Positions 1-9,436 are shown, counted from the stretch's first letter. The stretch is 64,000 nucleotides of DNA from Gemmatimonadaceae bacterium (GCA_045803545.1 JBJMOW010000005.1:1280001-1344000), one strand, 5' to 3'. A program made the numbers and translations. The notes: generated from the letters alone by a model not told the origin.

Positions 1-961
1 GGCGCATCAGCGAACTTTCCCAGTCCGTATTGGCAGTTCCTTCGCCAGCGGCGGCAGCGGGGACGTTCGCGGAGATGAAGTCACGGAACTGCGAAGCCGT
101 GGCGAGTCCGATGCTCTTCGGATTCCAGGCGGTGCCGGCCGAAAACTCGTACTCCATGCTCGGTCCGCCAGAGTTGCCCTTCTTGGTCTCGATCAGGATC
201 ACGCCGTTGGCAGCACGCGCACCGTAGATCGCGGCTGCGGCAGCATCCTTGAGGATCGTTACCGACTGAATGTCGGCAGGATTGATCAGGTCGAGCGGGT
301 TGCGCGGAAGCGGTGGATCACCGCCGATGCCGACGCCGCCGGGCTCGATCTGATTGCCCGACACCGCGACGCCGTCGATGACGTAGAGCGGCTCGTTGCC
401 GCCGGAGATCGACGTACCGCCACGAATCAGGATGTGAGCGCCAGCGCCGGGCTCACCGCTGTTCTGGGTGACCTGGACGCCAGTCGCGCGGCCTTCGATC
501 AGGTTGGTGACGTTGGTCGGAACGGCGACCTTAGCCTGGTCAGCATCGACCGTGGCGACGGAGCCGGTGATCGCGAGTCTGCGCTGCGTTCCGTAGCCGG
601 TGGTGACGACTTCTTCAAGCACCGCGGCCTGCTTGCTCATCGCGAAAATCGCGCTGACCGAGCCACCATTGGGAACGTTTACACTCTGGACCGGCGCACC
701 GTATCCAATGCGGCGTGCGCGGACAGTTTGAGAGCCGGCGGGAACGCCGCCAATCGTGAAACTGCCATCGGCTGCGGTAACAGCACCGCGACGGGTTCCC
801 TCGACGAATACGCTTACGTCAGGTACACCCTGCTGGGTGTCGGCGTCAACGACTCGACCCGTGATGGTGCCGCTTGGCGGAACCGGGTTTTGTGCGCCCA
901 GATTGGTCGACCATAGCAGGCCGACTAGGAGCGCGAGAGTAAAGCGACGAACTACTGCCAT
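1..961 (-). CDS. SusC/RagA-family TonB-dependent outer membrane receptor, N-terminal part (runs off window)
   Basis: Hand translation from ATG 961 (GGAGG RBS upstream): signal peptide MAVVRRFTLALLVGLLWSTNLGA, TITGRVVD domain and plug signature ILKDAAAAAIYGARAANGVILIETKKG. Not in the ORF track because it is truncated. Confidence 0.9.
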   Translation of the reverse strand, partial: MAVVRRFTLALLVGLLWSTNLGAQNPVPPSGTITGRVVDADTQQGVPDVSVFVEGTRRGAVTAADGSFTIGGVPAGSQTVRARRIGYGAPVQSVNVPNGGSVSAIFAMSKQAAVLEEVVTTGYGTQRRLAITGSVATVDADQAKVAVPTNVTNLIEGRATGVQVTQNSGEPGAGAHILIRGGTSISGGNEPLYVIDGVAVSGNQIEPGGVGIGGDPPLPRNPLDLINPADIQSVTILKDAAAAAIYGARAANGVILIETKKGNSGGPSMEYEFSAGTAWNPKSIGLATASQFRDFISANVPAAAAGEGTANTDWESSLMR

Positions 962-1188
962 ACGGGGTCCTCCACGGGTATTGAGGTGGGACTTGTTCGA
1001 GCCCTCGACTTGCGGGTGTGCAAATACCGCCGATTCGTCTAGGAAAACGTGAACCGGCGGGGCCTCGTCCCCCGCAGATCAAATTTTGGCTTCCTTAAAT
1101 GCGCCTCTGTCACAGAATTGTCAAGACAAAGGAATTGGTCAAGCATTTTCAGATTGAGGACAGGTGAGGGTCGGATAGCGTACGGAAT

Positions 1189-1399
1189 CGAGGACTGAAC
1201 TGATAACTACCGCGCTGGTAGCTGGTAGCAGCTGGCTAATGGCTGATCGCTGCCTGCTAACGGGACCGATCTCATCGCATAAACGCGAACAGAACGCTTT
1301 TCCTATGACTCTGTGCCGATCTGTCCCGTCGCTTTCAGCGAATAGCTAACAGCCAGCTGCTATCAGCTACCAGCGAGGTAGTTATCAGTTCAGTCCTCG
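1189..1399. repeat. Long inverted-repeat intergenic element, family C copy 1
   Basis: 49-bp arms 1189-1237 and 1351-1399 with 2 mismatches, plus an inner ACGGGAC/GTCCCGT stem; similar to 48332-48514. Confidence 0.85.
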
Positions 1400-1452
1400 G
1401 CCCGATTTCTCGACTCTAGCCCCAGCCTCGCCCGACGAATTAAAATCCGCCC

Positions 1453-2061
1453 ATGCACCCGATGTTCTTGCACGACGTAGAATCCCATGCCGCGCCCGAG
1501 CCGTACGAGACGCGCTTCAGGATGATGCGCGAGGCGGGGCTGCCGATCCCACAGATTCAGCACCTCTTCGCCTTCAAACCTGACCGGACCGACCATCTCT
1601 CGCGGTTTACGCAGGGCGTGATGCGCGGCACCTCTCCGCTGCCGCCGTGGCAGCGCGAGCTGATTGCAGCGTTCACCTCAAAGCTCAATCAATGCCTCTT
1701 TTGAATTGGCTCGCACGCCGCGGTCGCGGCGGAGCTGCACGGTGATCGCTCAGTAATCCAGGCGATCCTGGAGGACCTCGACTCGGCGCCGATCACGGCG
1801 AAAGATCGAGCGCTCTATTCCTTTATAAGGAAGATGGTCGCCAACTCGACGTCGATCGGTCAGGCCGATGTCGACGCCGCGAAAAAGGCCGGCTGGTCAG
1901 ACGAAGCGCTCTACGACGCAATCACCGTTTGCGCGCTATTCCAGTTTTATAACAACTGGATCGATGCTACGGGTGTCAGCGATATGCCCGCGGTCGGATA
2001 CGAAGCATCCGGAAAGCGACTCGCGGGGCACGGCTATTGGCAGGAGCCGCAGAGCGACTGA
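1453..2061 (+). CDS. AhpD/carboxymuconolactone decarboxylase-family peroxidase-like selenoprotein (in-frame UGA read as Sec, about 202 aa)
   Basis: ORFs 1453-1704 and 1834-2061 share a frame with no stop between them other than TGA 1702-1704. Read-through gives RELIAAFTSKLNQCLF-U-IGSH, matching AhpD CxxCxxxH. Confidence 0.85.
1709..1735 (+). promoter_or_regulatory. Putative bacterial SECIS element
   Basis: GCUC-gca-CGCCGC[GGUC]GCGGCG-GAGC hairpin; the upper stem begins 11 nt after the UGA and has a GGUC loop. Confidence 0.75.
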
Positions 2062-2192
2062 GGGCCGAGGACTAAGTGCATCGATCATCGAGGACTACGT
2101 GAGGATCGATGACAATCGAGGATGCTCGATCGTCTGCAATCCTCACTTAGTCAGCAATCATAGATGCCGTTAGTCCTCGGCCCTCAGTCGCT
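2053..2192. repeat. REP/REPIN-like hairpin element, family A copy 1
   Basis: Perfect 23-bp terminal IR AGCGACTGAGGGCCGAGGACTAA; related copies at 19581 and 58475; lies between convergent genes. Confidence 0.85.
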
Positions 2193-4348
2193 TACTGCTT
2201 GAGCCCTCTCTCTTCGAGTAGCGCCTCAACGTTCGGATCCCTCCCTCGGAAATTCCGATAGAGCGTTGCGGCATCTACTGTCGCTCCGCGCGAGAGGATC
2301 ATGTCGCGGAAGCGATCGCCGTTTTCGCGGGTGAGCCCGCCGTGCTCGCGGAACCAGGCGTAGGCATCGTCGTCCAGCACTTCGCTCCAGGTGTAAGCGT
2401 AGTAGCCGGCCGAGTAGCCGCCGTCCCAGATGTGGGAGAAGTACGTGCTGCGGTAGCGGGGCGGAATCTCCGGCACCGAGACGTTGTACTTCTGCAACGC
2501 TTGTCTCTCAAAGGCATCGACATCCGACACGTTGGTGCCCGCCGGGAGGGTGTGCCACGCGAAATCGAGTAGCGATGCCGCCATCAGCTCCGTCGTCGAA
2601 AATCCCTGATTGAACGTGCGCGAATTCTTGATCTTGTCGACGAGCGACTGCGGCATCGGTGCGCCCGTCTGATAATGCTTGGCGTAGTTCGCGAACACAC
2701 TCGGCTCGAGCGCCCAGTGCTCGTTGAACTGCGATGGAAATTCGACGAAGTCGCGCGGCACGTTGACGCCCGACACTGTCGGGTAGGTGACGTTGGAGAA
2801 CATGCCGTGCAGCGCGTGGCCGAACTCGTGGAACATCGTCGTTACGTCGTCGAACGTCAGCAACGCCGGCTGACCCTCTGCAGGCTTCGTGAAGTTGGCG
2901 ACGTTGAACACCACCGGCCTGGTACCGATCAACTTCGTCTGATCGACGAAGTTGTCCATCCACGCGCCGCCACCTTTGTTGTCACGCTTGAAGTAATCGA
3001 CGTAGAACAGAGCGAGCGATGATCCATCCTTGTCGAACACCTCGAAGGTCCGCACGTCCGGCTGATAGACCGGAATGTCGTGGCGCTCCTTGAAGGTCAC
3101 CCCGTAAAGTTTGTTCGCGGCGTAAAACACCCCGTTTTGCAGAACGTTGTTCAGCTCGAAGTACGGCTTGATCTGGGACTCGTCGAGATCGTACTTCGCT
3201 TTCCTCACCTGCTCGGCGTAGTACTGATAGTCCCACGGCTGCAGCTTGAAACCACCGCCCTGCGAGTCGATCAGCTTTTGCATGTCGGCGATCTCCTGTC
3301 GCGCGCGAGCAGTTGCGGGCGCGGTGAGATCGGTGAGCAGCTTGATTGCGTTCTGCGGATTCTTCGCGCCCTGCGTTGCCAGCACGTAATCCGCCCACGT
3401 CGGGAAGCCGAGTAGCTTCGCCTTCTCGGCGCGCAGCTCCGCCATTCGGCGAATTGTGTTGCGGGTGTCATTGCTGTCGCCGCGCGAGGTGCGCAGTGTC
3501 GAGTTCTCGAACAAACGCTGGCGCACTGCCCGATTGGTCAATTCTGCCTGCGCGGGATGCTGTGTCGTATTGCGAAGCGGGATCACCCACTTGCCGGCCA
3601 GCCCGCGCTGCTTCGCCGCGTCGGCAGCTGTCTGGATCTCGGCGTCGGTGAACCCTGCCAGTTCACTGACGTTGTCGAAGACCAGCGCTCCTGCCTTCGT
3701 TCCCGCCAGCAGTTTGTTGGAGAATTCGGTCGAGAGCTTGGACAACTCCTGATTGATCGCGCGCATGCGGATCTTGTCCTGCTCCGAGAGCTGAGCACCC
3801 GCACGCACGAAGTCGCGGTTGTATCGCTCGATCAGCGCGATCTGCTCCGGCGTGAAGCCACCGTCATTGCGCCGATCATAAACGCTCTTCACCCGTTGAT
3901 AGAGCTGATCGTTGAGATAAACCTGGTCGTTGGCGGCGGCGAGTTTGGGTGCGACGATTTCCTGGACTTTCTGGAGCGTGTCGTTGGTGTTCGCGCCGAC
4001 GACGCCGAAGAAAGTCTTGGTCGCGCGCGTCAGCAGCGCGCCGGATTTTTCCATCGCGACGACGGTGTTGTCGAACGATGGGGGCGTCGTCTGCTTGGCG
4101 ATCGAGTCGACTTGCGCCAGCCACTGGCGAATTCCTTCCTCGAGGGCGGGCTGGTAGTGCTCATTGCGAATGAGATCGAACCGAGGCGCCTCATAAGGGA
4201 GCGTGCTCTCGACGAAAAGCGGATTCGACGCAACGACGGAAGGCGCAGGAGCGGCGGCCGTATTGGTAGTCGTCGCTGGCGCACACGCGCCAGCGATGGC
4301 GGCGGCTGGAAGCAGAGTGAGCGCAAAGCGCTGCGTGGCAGTGGTCAT
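2192..4348 (-). CDS. dcp: M3 family metallopeptidase (peptidyl-dipeptidase Dcp-like), lipoprotein
   Basis: FHEFGHALH zinc motif, RDFVEFPSQ, KGGGAWM, GYSAGYYAY; lipobox-like AGAC. Confidence 0.9.
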   Translation of the reverse strand: MTTATQRFALTLLPAAAIAGACAPATTTNTAAAPAPSVVASNPLFVESTLPYEAPRFDLIRNEHYQPALEEGIRQWLAQVDSIAKQTTPPSFDNTVVAMEKSGALLTRATKTFFGVVGANTNDTLQKVQEIVAPKLAAANDQVYLNDQLYQRVKSVYDRRNDGGFTPEQIALIERYNRDFVRAGAQLSEQDKIRMRAINQELSKLSTEFSNKLLAGTKAGALVFDNVSELAGFTDAEIQTAADAAKQRGLAGKWVIPLRNTTQHPAQAELTNRAVRQRLFENSTLRTSRGDSNDTRNTIRRMAELRAEKAKLLGFPTWADYVLATQGAKNPQNAIKLLTDLTAPATARARQEIADMQKLIDSQGGGFKLQPWDYQYYAEQVRKAKYDLDESQIKPYFELNNVLQNGVFYAANKLYGVTFKERHDIPVYQPDVRTFEVFDKDGSSLALFYVDYFKRDNKGGGAWMDNFVDQTKLIGTRPVVFNVANFTKPAEGQPALLTFDDVTTMFHEFGHALHGMFSNVTYPTVSGVNVPRDFVEFPSQFNEHWALEPSVFANYAKHYQTGAPMPQSLVDKIKNSRTFNQGFSTTELMAASLLDFAWHTLPAGTNVSDVDAFERQALQKYNVSVPEIPPRYRSTYFSHIWDGGYSAGYYAYTWSEVLDDDAYAWFREHGGLTRENGDRFRDMILSRGATVDAATLYRNFRGRDPNVEALLEERGLKQ

Positions 4349-4445
4349 TCTCTTACCAAAGGGGGTCTAAGGGACCGCAAACTTACGGGGGCGCGCTCGA
4401 CCGATTCCAGAGCGCAAGTAGTTTCATTACACCGTGAACGCTAAC

Positions 4446-5232
4446 ATGTCCCGCAACGTCCTTGCCCTGCTGGCGCTCGTGAGCGGCGCGAGTATCCTGC
4501 ACGCACAAAGGGACTCCGTCGCGAATCCGCGCGCGGTGCAGCCTGAGCGTCCGACAGTCGCGACCCACGCCGGAACTGTAGCTCCCGGTTACACCGAGCT
4601 CGAGGAAGGGGGCGAATGGGATAAATGGTCCGGTAACGGACGCAGTTTCTTCGCGCCTACGAATCTCAAGATCGGCGTCGCATCACACGCGCAGCTCAAC
4701 ATTCTGTTGAACGTCATTCACGACACTCGCGTCGCCGGCAAGAACCGTGAGCCTCGGCGATCTTACGCTCGGCTTGAAGTATCGAATTATCGACGGCCAT
4801 TCGATACTTGGCGACTTCGCGATTCTGCCGGCGGTGAAATTTCCTACCGCATCAGGAGACGCTGGCACCGGCACCACCGACTTCTCGTTGCTGTTCATCT
4901 CCAGTCGCCGGCTCGGGCCGGTAGCGATGGATCTGAATGCCGGAGCGACACGTCGCAGCGGCGATGGAACGAAGACACCGATGACGGCCACGATCTGGAC
5001 GGCTTCCTTCGGATTCCCGATACAGGGACCGATCGGAGCGACGGCGGAAATATTCGGGTTCCCAAGCACGAGTGGCCCCGCTGGAAGCGAGGCCACCGCT
5101 GCACTTCTACTCGGGCCGACTTTTCTCGCTCGCGATTGGCTGGCACTCGACGCGGGGTTCATCACTCCACTCATCGGGCCGCAGCCACACGCGATTTACG
5201 CCGGCTTCGTCTGGAACTTCGGCCGGCTGTAG
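4446..5232 (+). pseudogene. Frameshifted outer-membrane beta-barrel 'transporter' (MetA-pathway-like)
   Basis: N-terminal half (signal peptide, QPERPTVATHAGTVAPG) is in the 4434 frame. The C-terminal half (SLGDLTLGLKYR...KFPT...GFVWNFGRL) is in the +1 frame from about 4747. Confidence 0.7.
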
Positions 5233-5498
5233 TACTCGTCGATAACCGTCCGCACCACCAGATCGAAGACCTGCTTGGACGGCGTGATGTCCGCCAGCGC
5301 ATCGGTATCACCCGCAATGGTGACGAGCGGAACACCGCACGCCTGCTTCACCGCGACAATGATCTTCTCGGGCGGGGTTCCAGCCATCTCGAGGTCGCGC
5401 ACCAGTTCACGCGCGGCAGCTCTCACCTCTTCAGGTGAGCCGCTGCCCTCAATCGCGCGCTCGAACACCCTTCGTAGATCGTCTTCGTGTCTAGTCAT
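5196..5498 (-). CDS. Small helical hypothetical protein (paralog family with 17622 and 21999)
   Basis: 100-aa ORF with pattern RAA...L...G.PPE.I...K...IDEYY. Confidence 0.7.
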   Translation of the reverse strand: MTRHEDDLRRVFERAIEGSGSPEEVRAAARELVRDLEMAGTPPEKIIVAVKQACGVPLVTIAGDTDALADITPSKQVFDLVVRTVIDEYYSRPKFQTKPA

Positions 5499-5564
5499 TT
5501 CAGCAATTGTTCGCCAACCACAAATACCAATGTTTCCCGTGAGAGTTCCCCACTCAGCTGTGAC

Positions 5565-6587
5565 TCAATGTGACGAGACGGGCTCAACCACGACGATAGA
5601 GAAACTGCCCGGTAGCATGGGCGCTCTCCGCCGAGGATTGGTCGCGGTGGACTCAGCTGGGACGGGGCCGAACTTCGCGACCGGAATGTAAATGCGGTGC
5701 GTTGCAGGATCGATTCCCATGGTGCGGCCGCGCTCGCCAGTTTGCACGCTCTCGACGACGTGGTACTTGTTGGCCGCGTCCTGGTGAATGACGGTCAAGG
5801 TCCCGTCGGAGTTCGACGTGTAGATGTCTCGCAGCCGCGCATCCCATCCGGCGCCATCGACGCCCTGACCGATCGGTAGGGCGGTAACAACTCGGCCACT
5901 GGCGTAGTTCGAAACCGCCAGCACTCCGCTGCGACAACCCGTGAACAAGCGCTGAGTCCTAGTGTCGATCGCCATCGAGACCGGACTTTTGCAGGGCGCG
6001 GTCGACCAGCGTCTCGTCACCTTGTTGGTCTTGGTATCGATCTCAACTATCTGGGCGCTGTCGACGAGGTTGACATAAAGCTTTCCGTCGCGCGCCGACG
6101 CGCCAGCCTCGGGTTTGCCGCCGAGTGGGATCGAGGTGATGACGGTACCCCGGCGAGGATCGACGACGGTCGCAGAGTTCGCGTCGCCGTTGAAGGAATA
6201 GATGCGTTTCGACGCGGGGTCATAGAGGATATCGTCAGCGTCGTCGGCCGCGCGGATCTTGAGTAGCGGCTTGTAACTCGACATGTCGAACATGATGATC
6301 GAGCTGTCTTCCCCCGACGTTGCGAAGCCGCGTCCAATCTCCGGCACGAGCGCGGTGCCGTGTGCGCCGTTGAAGCCCTTGATCTCGGTGATTACGTGGC
6401 CGTCGTTCATGTCGACGACCGTGAACCGGTCACCACGCGCGACAAAAAGGCGGTGCCGCGGTGCGTCCGGAAGCACGTAGTCCCAGCCTCCTTCGCCGCC
6501 GACGGCGTAGGTGTGGGTCACAGCATAGGTCTGCGCGGAGAGCGACGGGGCTGCGACTAAGGTGAGCAGCAGTAGGGATTTACGCAT
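5565..6587 (-). CDS. YncE/YVTN-type beta-propeller secreted protein
   Basis: Signal peptide MRKSLLLLTLVAAPSLSA, GGWDY, GAHGTAL and repeated propeller blades; start moved to ATG 6587. Confidence 0.85.
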   Translation of the reverse strand: MRKSLLLLTLVAAPSLSAQTYAVTHTYAVGGEGGWDYVLPDAPRHRLFVARGDRFTVVDMNDGHVITEIKGFNGAHGTALVPEIGRGFATSGEDSSIIMFDMSSYKPLLKIRAADDADDILYDPASKRIYSFNGDANSATVVDPRRGTVITSIPLGGKPEAGASARDGKLYVNLVDSAQIVEIDTKTNKVTRRWSTAPCKSPVSMAIDTRTQRLFTGCRSGVLAVSNYASGRVVTALPIGQGVDGAGWDARLRDIYTSNSDGTLTVIHQDAANKYHVVESVQTGERGRTMGIDPATHRIYIPVAKFGPVPAESTATNPRRRAPMLPGSFSIVVVEPVSSH

Positions 6588-6686
6588 TCTTCCTCTCTCG
6601 GTAGTAAGCTCGGCCAGGGGTCTTTGGTGGACGGATCGCACGCTTGTTGCTTCGTACACGGCAAATTGACTCCAACGAATCTACCA

Positions 6687-7970
6687 ATGCGCTTAAGAAA
6701 TTCATTCGGCGTAGCTGTCATCTTCTTAACATCAGTCTGCGTCAGTTCAGCTTGCTCGAAAGCTCAACAGCCGTCCAATGGTGGCGCGCGCGCTGCCGCC
6801 GGTCAGTCCACGCAAGCGCCGTTGTCGCCGCAGGAGCGGCAGCTCTACACGGACGCGGCGCAGTCGTCCTGGAATTTCGTCAACAGTATCACCGAGCCGT
6901 CCACGGGCCTGGCGCGGGCACACGCGCGATATTCGTTCGTGACGCTGTGGGACATCGCCGGCGTCATCGCCGCGAATTACGTGGCGCGCGAACTGGGATT
7001 CATCAACGACGTCACCTACGACGCGCACATCACGCGCATCCTGGCGACGCTCGCTACGGTCGACTTGTTCGAGAACACTGCGTTCAATCGCATTTACGAC
7101 GCGAAAACCGGACGCATGGTCGACAACGCTACGCCGGCCAAGATCTCCCAAATCGGCGCCGGGTATTCGTCGGTCGACATCGGGCGACTGTTGATCTGGC
7201 TGCGCATCATATCAATCAGTCAGCCAAAGTACGCGCCGCAGGCGACACAGATCGTACGTCGTCTGAATTTCCGAAAAATCCTCGACGATGGCCGGTTGCA
7301 CGCGGTTGACGTTTCACCGAACGGTCGGTCGCACGACGACTTTCTGGAGCAGGAGATCGGCTATCAGCAGTATGCGCTGTCAGGATTCGCGATGTGGGGT
7401 GCCCGCGTCGATCGTGACGCGCTCGATGTTCAGAACGATGTCGCGAAGATCAAGATCTACGGCGTGCAGCTGCTGACCAACAACAGCGGGAACGACCGCG
7501 TGATGAGTGAGCCGTTCATCATGATCGGCATGGAGACCGGGTTCCGATCGCCGCAGCTCGCGCGACAGGCGAGTCAGGTACTGGCGGCGCAGCAGGCGCG
7601 CTATCAAAAGACCGGAGTCGTCACCGCCGTCACGGAAGACGCGATGCCGGATGCGCCGTACTACTTCTATTACTACAGTCTCTGGCACAACGATCGGCCA
7701 TTCGTTGTCGAAGGCCCCGGCAAGAACAAGGAAGTCGATCGCCCACGCTGGGTGAGCAGCAAGGCAGCGTTTGGCTGGAACGCGGTTTTCCCCAGCGCCT
7801 ACACTCAGCTGCTACTTCGTACGGTCGCGCCGGCTCGAACACCGAACGGGTGGAGTGGCGGCGTCTACGAAGGAACGCAGCGATCGACCGGCATTCCCAG
7901 CCTGAATACTGCGGCGATCATCATGGAGTCGGCGCTGTTTCGAATCAGAGGGCGTCCGCTTGCACAATAG
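6687..7970 (+). CDS. DUF3131-like protein (glycoside-hydrolase/glucoamylase-like fold), probable lipoprotein
   Basis: TLWDIA, NRIYD, GYSSVDIGRLL, SEPF, TAVTED...PYYFYYY, SSKAAF and NTAAII motifs. Confidence 0.7.
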   Translation: MRLRNSFGVAVIFLTSVCVSSACSKAQQPSNGGARAAAGQSTQAPLSPQERQLYTDAAQSSWNFVNSITEPSTGLARAHARYSFVTLWDIAGVIAANYVARELGFINDVTYDAHITRILATLATVDLFENTAFNRIYDAKTGRMVDNATPAKISQIGAGYSSVDIGRLLIWLRIISISQPKYAPQATQIVRRLNFRKILDDGRLHAVDVSPNGRSHDDFLEQEIGYQQYALSGFAMWGARVDRDALDVQNDVAKIKIYGVQLLTNNSGNDRVMSEPFIMIGMETGFRSPQLARQASQVLAAQQARYQKTGVVTAVTEDAMPDAPYYFYYYSLWHNDRPFVVEGPGKNKEVDRPRWVSSKAAFGWNAVFPSAYTQLLLRTVAPARTPNGWSGGVYEGTQRSTGIPSLNTAAIIMESALFRIRGRPLAQ

Positions 7971-8026
7971 AGCTGCGGGGTGAGAGCTAACTGATTGTTG
8001 CGAGCTGCGAGCTGGATGCGAGATGC

Positions 8027-8102
8027 GAGCCCGCTGCGAGATGAGAGCCCACTGCGAGACGAGGGGCCGCTGCGAGATGAGAGCCCACTGCGAGACGAGA
8101 GC
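8027..8102. repeat. 18-bp tandem repeat, 4+ copies
   Basis: GAGCCCGCTGCGAGATGA / GAGCCCACTGCGAGACGA / GGGGCCGCTGCGAGATGA / GAGCCCACTGCGAGACGA with no spacers. Confidence 0.9.
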
Positions 8103-8115
8103 TGAAGCGAAAAGA

Positions 8116-8145
8116 AAAACGCCGGGGATTTCTCCCCGGCGTTTT
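8116..8145. terminator. Bidirectional intrinsic terminator
   Basis: AAAACGCCGGGGA-tttc-TCCCCGGCGTTTT between convergent genes. Confidence 0.8.
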
Positions 8146-8165
8146 CGATACCTATCCCAACACGC

Positions 8166-9014
8166 TTACTGACAGCTGTCGACGCCGTGGGTGTCGAGGT
8201 GCAGCAGGCAGTGCAGCGAGCCAATCTGCAGCGCCGGCGTGTTCGTTCCATCGAACGTCACCGTCACCGAAGTGTTGACTTCCTTGCTGGCGTTGCCGCC
8301 GGCGCCCTGCAGCCCTGCGGTGTACTGAACGTCGAGCTTAATCGACCCGCTCAGCGGAATCTGGCTCGTCGCATCCTTGCCAGGCATCGTGACGTTGGTG
8401 ACTGTCACAGTCGACGTACCGGTCAGGCTTCTGACACCGTCGAGGCCGATGTGCGAAATCTGGTCGTCACCGGTACCGGTGCCATTCCAGATGCGCTGCG
8501 GCGCGTGGCTGATCAGACCGCTGACGGTGAGGTCGCCCGTCCTGTGAATGCTGGCGTTCCAGACGAGATCCTTCGACCAGGTTCCGTCAACTGTCGCCTG
8601 GAAGTTCACGGACTCGACGACCGTCGCGTCCCAGTTCTGCACCGTCTGACCCTGCCCATTGTAGAAAGCGAAGGATCTGGTGACTGACAGCCCGTTCTCG
8701 GTGGTCGCGGAGCAGCTGTAGCGCCCCGAGGTGTAGCTGCAGGTGGGCGAGATGCCGCTAAAAGTCGGCTGAGTGCCGGACCCGACCGTCACATTGTAGC
8801 TGGGCGCGACTCTCGAGAACGAGCCGGCTGCGGCGACATTGTCATTGAAGCCAGCGACCTGTGATGCGATCGCGTCGCCGGAGCTCGCCGCAACGTCGGC
8901 AGTGATCTGCGCATCGTCAAGCGTCGGCGGAGAGAGGAGATCGGCGCTACAGGCAACTGTTCCGAGAGTGATGAACACTGCCGCGGCAGCGCGCATTTGA
9001 TTTCTGAAATTCAT
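8166..9014 (-). CDS. Hypothetical lipoprotein, Ser/Thr/Gly-rich and beta-rich
   Basis: AGGAG RBS before ATG 9014; lipobox TVAC; two Cys pairs. Confidence 0.75.
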   Translation of the reverse strand: MNFRNQMRAAAAVFITLGTVACSADLLSPPTLDDAQITADVAASSGDAIASQVAGFNDNVAAAGSFSRVAPSYNVTVGSGTQPTFSGISPTCSYTSGRYSCSATTENGLSVTRSFAFYNGQGQTVQNWDATVVESVNFQATVDGTWSKDLVWNASIHRTGDLTVSGLISHAPQRIWNGTGTGDDQISHIGLDGVRSLTGTSTVTVTNVTMPGKDATSQIPLSGSIKLDVQYTAGLQGAGGNASKEVNTSVTVTFDGTNTPALQIGSLHCLLHLDTHGVDSCQ

Positions 9015-9208
9015 AAACGCATTGCTCCTGATGTTGAATGCGCCGCTGGCGCGGCGCGGCTTGTACCTATCAACACGAAGCATCGGGCGAAACGAAACGC
9101 GTTTCGACATGGGTCGGAGCCGACCCAAAATTCAGCCGATCAACGGTGGACGTTTGGCTAGCGAACTGTGAATTGTCGATTTGTGATTACGGCTGATACG
9201 GGCCGGGA

Positions 9209-9436
9209 TCAGCTCTCGAGGAAGGTCTCGGCCTCGTCGTTGTCCAGGGCAATGGAGTCGAGGTGCGGAAGTATGTCGTACTTCCAGTGAATGCCGACCA
9301 TCTTGTCGAGCAGTCGCTCGAACTCGGCAGGGGAGAGCGAAGTGCAGAAGCGAGCGATACGGCGCGCGATGTGTAGTCGCGCCGCCGCCAGTGTCTCTGC
9401 TTTATGACTGCTAATTCGGTCTGGTTGATTCGCCAA
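9209..9436 (-). CDS. Small hypothetical protein
   Basis: 75-aa ORF with protein-like composition; TTG start uncertain. Confidence 0.5.
   Translation of the reverse strand: MANQPDRISSHKAETLAAARLHIARRIARFCTSLSPAEFERLLDKMVGIHWKYDILPHLDSIALDNDEAETFLES

Noticed and set aside
962..1188. Riboswitch upstream of the SusC-like gene
   Set aside because: Only a small GC hairpin; I recognised no cobalamin or TPP consensus elements.
1453..2061. Two separate small genes or a nonsense pseudogene
   Set aside because: The TGA falls on the catalytic Cys position and is followed by a SECIS-like hairpin, so Sec read-through explains it better (pending selABC).
3557..4444. Long antisense or alternate-frame ORFs (e.g. 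3557-4444, 43385-44269, 47159-47911, 57723-58448)
   Set aside because: Shadow ORFs expected in high-GC coding DNA opposite well-supported genes; no recognisable motifs.
4750..5438. C-terminal part of the 334-aa ORF 4434-5438
   Set aside because: Arg-rich out-of-frame sequence after the frameshift that overlaps a better minus-strand gene.
8027..8102. Possible CRISPR array
   Set aside because: The 18-bp units are contiguous with no unique spacers, and there are no cas genes in the window.
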